Source of the DNA: a virus
Taxonomy: Duplodnaviria > Heunggongvirae > Uroviricota > Caudoviricetes
Strand: one strand, 5' to 3'
IMG/VR virus record: IMGVR_UViG_2939127364_000001
DNA length: 64,000 nt
A model generated the notes under the pieces. It searched no databases and was not told the DNA's origin. It saw nothing but the letters and a program-made list of their open reading frames with translations. Shown piece after piece: positions 48,501 to 58,136 of this stretch. Position 1 is the first letter of the stretch; every line of letters starts with the position of its first letter. Position numbers and translations under genes: made by a program.

Positions 48501-50296
48501 CGAACGCGCATAGGTTCGAGATCTGGTTCTGTAATTGTCCAGACACCGTTCAAAACAGGCGTTTCCGCTGACGACAGGGCTTTTGAAAACGTAACTTTTG
48601 TTATATTTTCGCCAGTTTCAAGAACATCGCGTTCAACGATTTTGCCTTCCTGATTCAGTATTCGAATAAAGCAGCCGCCTTTGGCTAACGACACAGGCGC
48701 ATCGAGTGTGACGCTGTTTTTGGTAAACGCCACAATTCGACCTGAGTTACGTTTGCCTGCGCGATATTTGTTCTGAATCAGAACGGTTTCACCAGGCATC
48801 AGAAATGACGCGTCTAAGCCAGCAGTAAATGTAATTACATCCGACTCCATTCTGGCGGTATATAAAAGCCACAAACCAACTCGGTGAGCCTGCCCTCGGC
48901 TTGTACAGCCAAATGCTACGACTTCTGTTTTACGCTCACCATAACGGCGCATTGCGTCCTGATCTTCGACGTACTCGATGTTTTGCTTATAACCGTCCTC
49001 CTTGTTGTTGTAGGTTACGAGCGCAACGGATGGGCGATCTTTACGCGCAGAACCTTTATAGGTAAACAATCCATCTTTGACGTTAGAGTTGGTAAACATC
49101 ATTACCGGATCTGATGGGCTATCCTGCATGATGTTGACCATCCCACCAGCCCAAAACACCATGCCGCGGAATGCTCCGGCAATATCCTGAATTAGCCGGT
49201 ATGCGTCCTGTCGACTGGTGATCTGCGTATTGATTGCAAAGCGTTTCTCTTTGCCACCAAAGCCATCATCGACCTCTTCGTCACAATATCGACCAATCTG
49301 GTACAACTGGCCAAGGTCAATCATAGATTCCGACACATACTGACCAAGGCCATATCGAGCATTGGTCAGCAAATCAAAGAGAATCCACGCGGGGTTCGAA
49401 GAAGACAACAGCTTAAAAGTGCCATCCCATACCCCAGCGTAAGTGTTACTGGACTCGTTATAGTTTGAAGGTACTCGAATTTTTAGGCCACGCACCAGAT
49501 AAGAGCGAGATGGCATGGTGCTGCCGAATTGCTCAGAGTTTACCTTCAATCCAACCAAAACAGAGTTTGGATAGTTCATCGGTGTATCGACAATTTCCCC
49601 GATTGAATCCACCCATGTATCGTTATAGAGATACTGGCTACTGTTATCATCGGTAATACGGACCACACGAACCTTGTATGCGCGTCCAGGCTTAGGCAGC
49701 TTCAGCTCGTAGCTACGGTAATAAACGCCGGTCTTCTTTGCTGTTAGCTTAATGCCAACGCTTTTTTCACCTTCCGCGACCACATCTACAAATGTTGAGT
49801 CGCCATTTGCTATCTGGAACTTGTACTCAACAGTCGTACCGTTCGTGTCACCAGTTTTTTTATCTATGCTTCGCAAAGAAGGAAACTTCATGATGACACG
49901 AACCCGATCAGCTTCATCGTTATCGATTGAAACCGTTACATAATGTGTTTTTTTTAACTGGATATTGACGGATTTAGGCGTTTCAACGAAATCAAAGCCA
50001 GACATTGGAGTCTGGTCTTGTGAACCGTCGCGAAAATCCCATGTGATTCCGCTGAAGTTGGAGGAACCGTCTTCATTTACAATCGGCAGATCGTCGATAA
50101 AAATAGATCTTGCGCCATTTACTAAGCCGCCAATTACCCCTTCCCCAAGAAGATCGAGGATAGCGGCCATTGCACGAGAATTTACGGTATCGTCGGCTTC
50201 AACCGGTGTACGGCTGGAGCTTTTGCTGCTTTTTTTACCACCCGCACCGGCAATAAACAGCGGTAGCTTTTTCTTCTTGAACTGTTCCATGTTCAA
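45563..50296 (-). CDS. Tail tip central fiber protein (lambda J-like)
   Basis: 1577 aa; N-terminal two-thirds alignable by eye to lambda J (e.g. YAGVWDGTFK, FGCTSRGQAHRVGLWLL); C-terminal part replaced by repeat-rich coiled coil. Confidence 0.85.
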   Translation of the reverse strand: MNMEQFKKKKLPLFIAGAGGKKSSKSSSRTPVEADDTVNSRAMAAILDLLGEGVIGGLVNGARSIFIDDLPIVNEDGSSNFSGITWDFRDGSQDQTPMSGFDFVETPKSVNIQLKKTHYVTVSIDNDEADRVRVIMKFPSLRSIDKKTGDTNGTTVEYKFQIANGDSTFVDVVAEGEKSVGIKLTAKKTGVYYRSYELKLPKPGRAYKVRVVRITDDNSSQYLYNDTWVDSIGEIVDTPMNYPNSVLVGLKVNSEQFGSTMPSRSYLVRGLKIRVPSNYNESSNTYAGVWDGTFKLLSSSNPAWILFDLLTNARYGLGQYVSESMIDLGQLYQIGRYCDEEVDDGFGGKEKRFAINTQITSRQDAYRLIQDIAGAFRGMVFWAGGMVNIMQDSPSDPVMMFTNSNVKDGLFTYKGSARKDRPSVALVTYNNKEDGYKQNIEYVEDQDAMRRYGERKTEVVAFGCTSRGQAHRVGLWLLYTARMESDVITFTAGLDASFLMPGETVLIQNKYRAGKRNSGRIVAFTKNSVTLDAPVSLAKGGCFIRILNQEGKIVERDVLETGENITKVTFSKALSSAETPVLNGVWTITEPDLEPMRVRIVNIAQGETPGSFDITAVENNPSKYEAIDNGATLIPQNTTVLDPTYSKPSNLQITEGTYLSSPGNLSVKLTATWEGKSPEYWISWRRSDENNISNWQSARVTEEQYEIVNVAENGRYDFQLYAVSFNGKKTEIISTVYQVLGTMTPPDAPTSLTAVGDYRNVILNWVNPDSVDLDHINVYASQTNNLDTAKLIAESASTTFTHAGLGDSETWYYWVRASNKRGMLSPPNSNLGTEATTRDVLSFLTGKITSSELGQALLEDINSKASQEAVDELNEHINQSVESLEGAVNDVKEDIAELDKQFSDNLADFEIKFNERSDALENAQTELKGEVSATIDKVNEAFEKIDATDAAIVEIENTVSEHDKALANTVEAIKAARDEAAALIAKESEARVEGDAANAKQLEVLQSTVEESSAAVEEMKKTVAEVDRASAELTTNIEALAKTNIDLALRQDEDQHKQMVNNAKIATTQKTFADDMSAMATKVEEIRVEIGEDIKASILEESTARADGDEALAKRVTQLQSKFEGDISAAISTEQEARTSADEALTTQITQLESKVSNDIVAAIKEEQEARATEDSALASQITQLQAKVDDDISAAIRSEQEARASGDSALAKQINQLQSKVDGDISAAITQEQEARASADQALSREINSLRAQTGTDIAAAVAVETKARTDADSALSTQITSLTAKANDLEASLARETTARADGDTALTKEVSNLKAQTAKDISAAVAVETQARTDADSALSSQITKLTSQYKEDIKAAVATETKTRTDQDAALATQITNLESQTAANISAAVTTETTARTQADNALSGRIDTLKAEVDGNTATIQQQATAIADTNKKVSTAWTLKMETSTSGGQKYVAGIALGIDTTGLSQFLVQADRFGLVNSVNGKITTPFVIENSIAYMNGAYIKDGTITNAKVGDLQSTNFVSGRSGWRFGKNGTLEINGNSGGNGRLVINGQRIDVYDDNNVLRVRIGRL
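46040..47030 (-). repeat. Tandem 99-bp (33-aa) coding repeats, ~9-10 units, inside J-like gene
   Basis: Repeated unit DISAAI-EQEARAS-D-ALA-QI-QLQSKV; DNA periodicity visible in 46040-47030. Confidence 0.7.
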
Positions 50297-50307
50297 AAAA
50301 TCCTTGT

Positions 50308-50901
50308 TTACATTAGCTGGTCAATCGTGATTGAAGAACTCACAACCTGTGAGCCAACCAGAATTTCCTCGCCATAGATAAGTTGTACTGGGTTGCCCTG
50401 GTTTTCTGTATTTTGAGGGCCGTCGAAATAATAAGAGTTCGAGTTATCTGCCTGTCTCACACTTTCGTTAGTGGCTTGCGGCGATATGATTTGTGATATG
50501 CCGCCCATCATCAGTGACAAACCGAGAGGTGCTAAAGCAGGCATCACTACCGCCGATACAACCAACAAAGCGGCCCCTACTACCGTCTGAAACCACCCAA
50601 AAGCAGATCCACCGCTTCCTCGCGGAACAGGTGTAATGCGGATTTTGGCAATGTTGTCAGACTGCCCCATCATCTGATATTCACTTTCGTCAACAGACCA
50701 CTTGTGGCCCTGTTTATTGGTGATCTGGATGTGGTAACGGTCATAGGTTTTGATATTGCGCTTCATCCATGCTTTAAACCCAGGCTTGTTGGCCTCAATT
50801 AAATCCAGAGCCTGTTTTGTATTGCGCACCTTTAGATGCCAGTGGCGGCCAAAATGTTTGGCCATAGGGCCGCCAAGCTGCACATGAACTAACTCAGACA
50901 C
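50308..50901 (-). CDS. Tail assembly protein (lambda I-like)
   Basis: 197 aa; C-terminal Gly/Ala-rich hydrophobic region like lambda I; position between K-like and J-like. Confidence 0.75.
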   Translation of the reverse strand: MSELVHVQLGGPMAKHFGRHWHLKVRNTKQALDLIEANKPGFKAWMKRNIKTYDRYHIQITNKQGHKWSVDESEYQMMGQSDNIAKIRITPVPRGSGGSAFGWFQTVVGAALLVVSAVVMPALAPLGLSLMMGGISQIISPQATNESVRQADNSNSYYFDGPQNTENQGNPVQLIYGEEILVGSQVVSSSITIDQLM

Positions 50902-51713
50902 GTCTCATCTCCCTTGAGCAAGTCTCTGTGACGCAAGTGATGCGTCGTATGTTTCTGATACATTCCGCCGTAATAAGCACGACAACTAAGACGGTCGATC
51001 TGGTGATGAAGAATCATTCCATCGCCGATATAAACCGCGCAGTGATCTGGCATTTTCCCGTATTGAATAAAGAAGACGTCCCCACGTTGAGGCTCTGTTC
51101 CAGGCGCAAGCCGTACCAATCCTTCGTTTCGGTAGTTCTGGTCGAGAATGTCGTTATCGCCGGTGTACCACGATGGAATATGCAGGTGTGCGTTCGGGTT
51201 TAGTTCGACGTTAAACTCACGCTTCAAATAGTCCCGACACAACATCCAGCAATCGAATACGCCAAATACATACGGTCTGCCCAGGTATGGCATTTCGAAA
51301 CCATCAGGTGTGATCACATTCATCTCGCTAAAATGGAAAGGGGCATCTCCCTCAACATTCTTGCGAATAGCCAGAATCATCCACGGAACTTCCGTCGCTT
51401 CGCAGCCTGCACGATCGGCATCAGATGCTTCTGCTGATTCATCAGTATGTGAATGCCAGATTGCGATAACATCACCCGCATCCTCTGCCGCCATAATGTC
51501 GTCAACGTGCATTACAAAAGTGTTCTGCGGGTTCTCCGAAACATTCCGCGCTTCCATAAAGCGATATTTGTCGCCATTAGTTCTAACCAGAAAGCCACAC
51601 GCTTCATTAGGGTAGCGATTTATGGCGCAGAGATAGATTTGCTGCATAACGTCAGAGCCAAGCTCAGGGATTGCTTTATTACCCATACCGCGTAGCTCCA
51701 ATAAATCCGCCAA
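50889..51713 (-). CDS. Tail tip assembly protein (lambda K-like; JAB/MPN + NlpC/P60)
   Basis: 274 aa; JAMM-like HSHTDESAEASDAD motif. Confidence 0.8.
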   Translation of the reverse strand: MADLLELRGMGNKAIPELGSDVMQQIYLCAINRYPNEACGFLVRTNGDKYRFMEARNVSENPQNTFVMHVDDIMAAEDAGDVIAIWHSHTDESAEASDADRAGCEATEVPWMILAIRKNVEGDAPFHFSEMNVITPDGFEMPYLGRPYVFGVFDCWMLCRDYLKREFNVELNPNAHLHIPSWYTGDNDILDQNYRNEGLVRLAPGTEPQRGDVFFIQYGKMPDHCAVYIGDGMILHHQIDRLSCRAYYGGMYQKHTTHHLRHRDLLKGDETCLS

Positions 51714-52410
51714 AATGGATCACACCGTCGGCAAAATAATTCCGACGCGCATTACAGGCGTCATAACGTTTTGTGCAGTAATCCGCACCAGACATAGACG
51801 TCTGCTGGTTATTTTTGTCGAAATATGGACCGGTATAGCCGCATTCTGGCCCTCGGTATTTCCACGGGCAGGTGTTTTTAATGATCTGACGATACGGCAG
51901 TTGCACCCCCATCAAATCGAACACACTGGACAATTCAAACTCGACAACCTGATGAGTTTCGAGAGTTTTCTGTTCGATAAACCACATTTCATCCGGGAAA
52001 TGTTGGTTTGGATCTGCTGTTGGGTTGCCGTCTTTAAAATTAACGGCATCGAGGAAGCGAGCCAGCGTCATCTTGCGAATAATGCGGCAGCCAACAAGAT
52101 CGTCGTTTGCCTGAACTTCCGCAGAGACAGTTCCGGCAAAGTTCGATACCTGAATTTTTGGACGTGGCAACGTTCCCTGGCCAGTTTTGTCAAAGCCTGA
52201 TGCTTTGATTGGCCACGGCTCGTATGTCACTCCTTGCCAGACGACCGGTTGCATCAGTTCGTTTGTTCCGGCGTGGAAGAATAGCTTCCCCCCTGAAGTT
52301 GTGTTCGACATATCCAGTACGAACAACTCAATGAGTGCAGAGGGAGATAAGCTCTGAATATCAGCTTTAATTCCCATTGTTTCATCCTTGAAATAAGTAG
52401 GCGCTAACAT
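51679..52410 (-). CDS. Minor tail protein (lambda L-like)
   Basis: 243 aa; C-terminal Cys cluster CPWKYRGPECGYTGP...C...C resembles lambda L. Confidence 0.8.
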   Translation of the reverse strand: MLAPTYFKDETMGIKADIQSLSPSALIELFVLDMSNTTSGGKLFFHAGTNELMQPVVWQGVTYEPWPIKASGFDKTGQGTLPRPKIQVSNFAGTVSAEVQANDDLVGCRIIRKMTLARFLDAVNFKDGNPTADPNQHFPDEMWFIEQKTLETHQVVEFELSSVFDLMGVQLPYRQIIKNTCPWKYRGPECGYTGPYFDKNNQQTSMSGADYCTKRYDACNARRNYFADGVIHFGGFIGATRYG

Positions 52411-52459
52411 CCTGTCAGCGCCACAATGATAGTAAATTAGTACTTACTTATCTAGATAC

Positions 52460-52795
52460 TTAAGCCTCAAATACTTGTCTGAATGTAGCTGTTAAGACAC
52501 AGTACCCCTGATATCGCTTGACCGTATGACTGTCACATACAACTACAATCCGTTTTCCTCTTGGATTAACCCAATAGAACGACTCAACGCCTGCTCGCTC
52601 AGTCAGGAAGTCATCGATTGCATTAATTTCGTTGTATGATCTGGTAAAGGTTAACGACCATTCTTCTTTAATACGATTAAGACCTTGAGCCTGTCGCTGC
52701 TCGTAGTCATCACCAAAATTAAGTACCGTTACATTCGGTTTTACGCTTTTTTCAGATTCGTAATCTGGATACCAATTAAACGTTTGTCTTTCCAT
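52460..52795 (-). CDS. Minor tail protein (lambda M-like)
   Basis: 111 aa; FGDDYEQRQAQGLN resembles lambda M FGDGYSQRAPAGLN. Confidence 0.75.
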   Translation of the reverse strand: MERQTFNWYPDYESEKSVKPNVTVLNFGDDYEQRQAQGLNRIKEEWSLTFTRSYNEINAIDDFLTERAGVESFYWVNPRGKRIVVVCDSHTVKRYQGYCVLTATFRQVFEA

Positions 52796-52837
52796 CTCAC
52801 ATCCTTGTGAGACTGCCCCGGTCGGGGCAGTCGATAG

Positions 52838-55800
52838 TTAGTTACGTTGAGTGTTTGGGTTGAGTGATCCGCCAGGGCGTTTCTCTTGAGCGATAGTCTC
52901 AAGCGCGATTGCTTTCATCCGTTGAGCGGCATTGTTCCATATGCTTTCTGTATCGCCGGATTCAGTTGTGCTACCGTCACTATGGACGTTGATCTCAATT
53001 GATACCGGAGAAAGAACATTTCCTCCTCCACTCATACCATCGGTACTGAGCGTTACAGGGATTGTTCGACCATCAGGCAATGGAACATACGCCTCATTCA
53101 TATCGCCTTCCCCAAACAACGCCAATTGAGGTGAGTTGGCGATACCGCCTTTCTGGTATGCCCGGAGCGGGATCACGCCGTCTTTTCCGAATATGCCACC
53201 ATTTGCAAACTTCGGAATTGCAGGAATACCATTCGTGCCATCGGCAGCAGAACTGGTCAGATTGTTGAACCCGGAAGTTGAGCCAGAAGAACCGGACATC
53301 AATCCATCGAATCCACCACCAGCCCATACTGAAACCAAACCAGATGCAACTGTTGCGCCGAAATTCAACCACTTATTACCAGAGCCGGAAGCATTAGCTC
53401 CAAGCATTGCAAACGCGGCAGACAGCGCGCCGGTAACAGAACTGAGGTTCTGCATCGAGAAGATGGAGTCCTTCACGGCTTTTGTCTCGGCATCTTTGGC
53501 TTCAGTGCTATCAAATAGCCCTGATACCCAGCTACCAATCGCATTTGTTGCAGTGCCAATTGCGCTGGTGGTCTGCTGTGTTGTTTGCCCCAATCCAGTT
53601 ACCGAACTGGACGTCTCCTTCGTGGCTTCTCCTACCGACTTGTCGCCATTAACAGTGTTGCTTATGCGCACACCTTGATTGGCAACGGCGGAAGCAACCC
53701 CGGTGAGCAAATTACCACTCTGTGAACTACCAGCTGCGGTGGTTCCCATCCCCAACATGTTCATTAGAGGCAGCGTGATCTGCGACTTCACGACCATATT
53801 GGTGATATCTTTCAAAATGGACTGAGACAGGCTGGAGAAGCTCATCTTCCCGTTAATAACGAAATCAGTCAGGACATCAGTTAAGCCACTAAACAAATCA
53901 GTCCAGGTGCTTTCGATCTGCTCTGCCAGGTTTTCGTATTCCAGTGCCAACTTCTGCGTCGCAGTCCCCGTCTCTTTAATAAGCGCGGTATTGCCAGCAG
54001 CAATAAGTTGATTGATCTTTTTATCGAACAACTCAATCTGGCTTTGTGAGGCTGTGCCTGACTCAATCGCAGCTTTACGTAAATCCATCAACGCTTTAAG
54101 GTTGCGATTATAGGTTTCTTCGAAATCAGCAACTTTCTCTTCACGAGACGGCGTATAGCCAGCACTAATAATGGAATCCGCCTCCGGTGCCCAAGTGGAG
54201 ATCATCTGCTCAACATTGCGGCGATTAAACATCTCGCGATATTCAGGTGTCGCATTTTTGAGGTCTTCAAGACGTTTTTTCGCCTTGTCGATCATCTCTT
54301 GAGTGATGAACTCGTTAGGAACCGCATTAGCCAAATCTGTCAGCGATTTCGTTGTATCGCGAAGAGACTGATCAAACGATACCGTAGCCTTAGAGCTTTC
54401 ACCCATTTGCCCCATAAGCTGATCGGCTTTGTCCAGAGCCTTCTGATATCCGGCCGCCAGTTTCTGTTGCGCTGCCTGTTCTTTCTTTGCTGCTCTCTCG
54501 GCTGCTTTTGCGGTACGGTTTGCTGCCTTATCTGCTGCTTCTGCATCAAGTTCACGAGCTTTTGTCAGAGTCTTAATTACTGCGATGCGGTCATTTTCTG
54601 ACAACTGCTCTAATTTCACATCACCGTAAATTTTCTTCTGTCTTAATTGCTCCTTGAGTTGTCGAGGCCCAACAACAGGTTGACCTTGTAAGTCGTATAA
54701 TGCGGTACCATCGAGATTGACTCTTTGATACCTTTTAGAGTCCATCTGCTGTTTCCAAAAACCAGTCATAGTTTTGGAATTAGCATCAACTGGTGTGCTT
54801 GAAAACTCACCAATTTTACCGCCATTAATAGAAACCAAGCCGTCCCCAGCTTTCACGCTAAGACTGATTTCAAGGTTCTCCATCCCCTCTTTTACAATCT
54901 TCAAAGCCTCGGTGGTGGCGTCTATCTTTGTCTGGGCTTCTTTTTGCCCCTGCATATCGTTCGACTCTTGGGTCTTTTTGAGCTCTTCAGAGTATGTGGC
55001 GAGTTCACCAAGCCCCTTCTCATAACGAGCTTTATACCCTTTGAGTTTTTGCTCGTCGGCCTGGGCGTACAAACGTCCAAGTTCTGCGTTGTTTTCTGCC
55101 CTTAATTTGCTTTTTTCGTGGTCGGACAAGTCCGACCGCGCGGCAATTTTCTCATTGCTTTTGGTGAGTCTTTCTATCTCTTTGGCGACTGAGGCTATTA
55201 ATGCATTCCCTTTCTGGTTGACCGCATCAATATCCTCTCTATATTTCTTAGTAATGCTTTGTTTGATGGTTTCGGCTATGCCGCCATCAAGAGCTTTGGC
55301 GACTTCCTCTCTTTCTTTTCGCGCTTTTTCCAGTTTCTTTTTGCTGTCGTCAACATCGACACCAACTTCGTACGGTCCCGTGTATGCTGAAAAATGCAAG
55401 GTTTTGCCAGTCTCGACTTCTTTTTCCAGTCTGGAGATCTCTCGATCTTTCTTGCTCAGTTCGCTTTCCAGCATCGCGCGATCTGCCTGCGTCATCGCTT
55501 CAGGGATTTCTCTGACTTTGTTTACAACGTCTTCGACTTTCTTCCTCAGACTGCTCATGTGCCAGATCAGCGTCGAAACCGCCGTTACCGCAGCAGTAAA
55601 GAAGAACCCTATAGGGTTTGCAGCCATGAACGCAGTCAAGCCAGCAAATGCATTGCGAATAGCAAAAATCAATGCAGGGATGGTAGATAGTCCCATGCGT
55701 GAGGCTCGATTGAAGCGTTTAACGGCTGTCGTCGCAAGATCAAATGTCCCCTGTATTGTGGTGGATACCGTAGCAAAGGTGCTGATCATGCTATTAGCAG

Positions 55801-57421
55801 TGCCAATGACACCAGAAATCCCCGATTTGAGGAGTCTGAAGGCCATCGTGACAGCGACGGCTTTGCCGAAAGTGACAACAAGCTCCTGGTTTTTAATCAG
55901 CCATTTCGCCAGGTCACGCAAACCATCAATAGCCGTCGTCAATCCGCTTCCCAACGAGTGAGCAAAAGATGTACCCTCTGCGCTATTCATCAGGGAGGTG
56001 AGTTCTTTCATTCCCTCTCTTAAAGAAGACAAATAACCAGTCTGGCCTACTTTGTCCGCGAACAGCGTAAAGGCTGTCTTCATTTGCGCCAACGTACCGG
56101 TAAATGTGTTCATCATTTCGGACGCAGCTCCCTCGTTCTGCATCTTCAACTCTTTGAACATAAGTGCCAGTGCGTTTTTGGCTTCTACCGTTCCAGATGC
56201 TACAGCTTTAGTTAACTCGCCCATTGTCAGACCAGCAGCCTTGGCCATTGCGTTCATTGCTGTCGGAATCGCCTCACCTAATTGCTGGCGAAGCTCTTCC
56301 ATCGATACAACACCCTTACCAGACATCTGCTGAACAGCAATGGATGCACGCTTCAGAAGTTCGCTATCACCACCAAAACGAGCAACGGAGTCCACCAGCG
56401 CCTTCAGAGAACCATCGGTTGGATCTAAGCCAGCAGAACGAAACTTCACGAAGGAGTCTGTTAACGCCTGCATCGCGAACGGCGCATTTTGAGCCATGTC
56501 TACGATGTACTTCATATCATCAGCGGCAGCCTGGCCCGGGTTGGACTTCTCCTTATTCAACCCTCGAAGCATCACCCGCATACGTTCCATTTCGGCCGCA
56601 GCTTCAACAATAGGCTTCTGCCACCCAAACATGATGTCAGTAACCGTTCTGGCTGCATCTCCGATCTCGCCAAGCAGGAAAATGTTGCCACGAAGGCCAG
56701 AGAACATACCTCCTTCGTTACTTTTACCGCTATGGCCAGAAGCGCCGCTACGCCGCCCGCTACCACCATCGCCACTTCCAGATGTACGAACGCGTACCGG
56801 CTTGCTAATCAGTTGCTGACGTCCGATAACTTCGTCCATCTGCTCACGAACCTTTTTCAGTCCCTCGGCAGCCTGACTCGTTGTGACACCCCAATTACTG
56901 AGTCGCTTCGTCGTGGTATTAAGGCGCGTATTCATGCCACTCACGGACGCAGAGGCTTCTTTGACCTCCGTACCAAAGCGGCTTGCGCTTTTGCTTGCAT
57001 AGGTCGCCCAATCAGAGAAATCATTTAGCTCTGATTGCACTTTACGTAATGACGCGGTGAGTTTATCTACTGAAGAAGTTGTCGTATCGACGCGCTCAAT
57101 CAGGGCTTTAAGACCAGAATTGAGGCTGGTGATGTTGCCACGCATTTTACGCGTAGCATCTGAAGCAAGCTCAAAACCGGCAGCTACATCCTGTAGTTTA
57201 TCTGCCGTAGAATCGAGCTTGCTTTCCAGAACGCCAATGATACGGGCGACCGAACCCAAAGAGCGTTCAAAGGTTTGGATTTTTTGAGCAGGCTTTGTTA
57301 CCTGCTCACCAAATCGAGTAAGCAGTTTCCCCGCACGATCGATTGACGCTGTAAACTGTTTGTCTTCCAGCGACAGGATAAACTCTACGTTTTGTGACAT
57401 TCCCTTGTCATCCTCTGCCAA
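52838..57421 (-). CDS. Tail tape measure protein
   Basis: 1527 aa, helical coiled-coil rich, between tail chaperones and M-like gene. Confidence 0.85.
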   Translation of the reverse strand: MAEDDKGMSQNVEFILSLEDKQFTASIDRAGKLLTRFGEQVTKPAQKIQTFERSLGSVARIIGVLESKLDSTADKLQDVAAGFELASDATRKMRGNITSLNSGLKALIERVDTTTSSVDKLTASLRKVQSELNDFSDWATYASKSASRFGTEVKEASASVSGMNTRLNTTTKRLSNWGVTTSQAAEGLKKVREQMDEVIGRQQLISKPVRVRTSGSGDGGSGRRSGASGHSGKSNEGGMFSGLRGNIFLLGEIGDAARTVTDIMFGWQKPIVEAAAEMERMRVMLRGLNKEKSNPGQAAADDMKYIVDMAQNAPFAMQALTDSFVKFRSAGLDPTDGSLKALVDSVARFGGDSELLKRASIAVQQMSGKGVVSMEELRQQLGEAIPTAMNAMAKAAGLTMGELTKAVASGTVEAKNALALMFKELKMQNEGAASEMMNTFTGTLAQMKTAFTLFADKVGQTGYLSSLREGMKELTSLMNSAEGTSFAHSLGSGLTTAIDGLRDLAKWLIKNQELVVTFGKAVAVTMAFRLLKSGISGVIGTANSMISTFATVSTTIQGTFDLATTAVKRFNRASRMGLSTIPALIFAIRNAFAGLTAFMAANPIGFFFTAAVTAVSTLIWHMSSLRKKVEDVVNKVREIPEAMTQADRAMLESELSKKDREISRLEKEVETGKTLHFSAYTGPYEVGVDVDDSKKKLEKARKEREEVAKALDGGIAETIKQSITKKYREDIDAVNQKGNALIASVAKEIERLTKSNEKIAARSDLSDHEKSKLRAENNAELGRLYAQADEQKLKGYKARYEKGLGELATYSEELKKTQESNDMQGQKEAQTKIDATTEALKIVKEGMENLEISLSVKAGDGLVSINGGKIGEFSSTPVDANSKTMTGFWKQQMDSKRYQRVNLDGTALYDLQGQPVVGPRQLKEQLRQKKIYGDVKLEQLSENDRIAVIKTLTKARELDAEAADKAANRTAKAAERAAKKEQAAQQKLAAGYQKALDKADQLMGQMGESSKATVSFDQSLRDTTKSLTDLANAVPNEFITQEMIDKAKKRLEDLKNATPEYREMFNRRNVEQMISTWAPEADSIISAGYTPSREEKVADFEETYNRNLKALMDLRKAAIESGTASQSQIELFDKKINQLIAAGNTALIKETGTATQKLALEYENLAEQIESTWTDLFSGLTDVLTDFVINGKMSFSSLSQSILKDITNMVVKSQITLPLMNMLGMGTTAAGSSQSGNLLTGVASAVANQGVRISNTVNGDKSVGEATKETSSSVTGLGQTTQQTTSAIGTATNAIGSWVSGLFDSTEAKDAETKAVKDSIFSMQNLSSVTGALSAAFAMLGANASGSGNKWLNFGATVASGLVSVWAGGGFDGLMSGSSGSTSGFNNLTSSAADGTNGIPAIPKFANGGIFGKDGVIPLRAYQKGGIANSPQLALFGEGDMNEAYVPLPDGRTIPVTLSTDGMSGGGNVLSPVSIEINVHSDGSTTESGDTESIWNNAAQRMKAIALETIAQEKRPGGSLNPNTQRN

Positions 57422-57794
57422 ATATTTGCATCAGTTGCTCTTTGGCGTCAGGGTCTGCCTTATCCTGGCTTGGATCGTAGACTTTATCTGTTACGACTGG
57501 TCTTCCAATCCTGAGTTGCAAACCCTCCATGAACGCCTTCACAGCCTCGCCATCCGCCTGGGACGCACGAGCGACTTGTAAGTTGCGGACATCCTCTTCC
57601 GCACGCAGACGGTCTATATTGCGACTGAGCATCCAGAACATCGTGAGAGGAACGTTCAGTAGCTCTAATGGCGACACGGCGTAGTGAGCAACTACACGAC
57701 TGAAATAGAATCCGAGATCTATTGAGACGGTCCTTGTCCCGGATTCATCGCGGGAAATTACTTTGCCCCTTCGCCAGCCGCTTTTTCGTTTTCT
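57408..57794 (-). CDS. Tail assembly chaperone, T-like -1 frame segment (predicted to be expressed as G-T fusion)
   Basis: Frame is open from 57794 and is -1 relative to the G-like gene; overlaps G 3' end by 37 nt; no good independent start. Confidence 0.5.
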   Translation of the reverse strand, partial: RKRKSGWRRGKVISRDESGTRTVSIDLGFYFSRVVAHYAVSPLELLNVPLTMFWMLSRNIDRLRAEEDVRNLQVARASQADGEAVKAFMEGLQLRIGRPVVTDKVYDPSQDKADPDAKEQLMQIFGRG

Positions 57795-58075
57795 TCATCA
57801 ATCACTTCCATAGCGAAGGTGAAGATCTGCTGGAGTTGCGGAACAGTCAGTTTTTCAAGAACTTCGTCAGGTACTGAAGGGATAACCTTACGAACCAGAT
57901 CTGCATAAGCTGTCACTTGCTCAACAGGAGACATGTTCATGAGATCTTTGCCTTCCATCTGCTTGATGGAAACAAAGAGGCCGACGGTCATTTCAACGAT
58001 GGGATATTCTTTGCCACCAAATTTGATGCTTTTTTTCGGCGGCAGAATGGAGTCGAGATCGAGTAATTTGGTCAT
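57758..58075 (-). CDS. Tail assembly chaperone (lambda G-like)
   Basis: 105 aa acidic protein between major tail and tape measure genes. Confidence 0.65.
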   Translation of the reverse strand: MTKLLDLDSILPPKKSIKFGGKEYPIVEMTVGLFVSIKQMEGKDLMNMSPVEQVTAYADLVRKVIPSVPDEVLEKLTVPQLQQIFTFAMEVIDEENEKAAGEGAK

Positions 58076-58136
58076 GGTTTAAATCCTTTTAAACTCATAC
58101 AGAGGCCCATCCATGGGCCTCTTGGGTTATCACAAT

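Noticed and set aside
52932-57581. Antisense and alternative-frame ORFs within the tape measure gene
   Set aside because: Embedded in a 1527-aa CDS with clear synteny.
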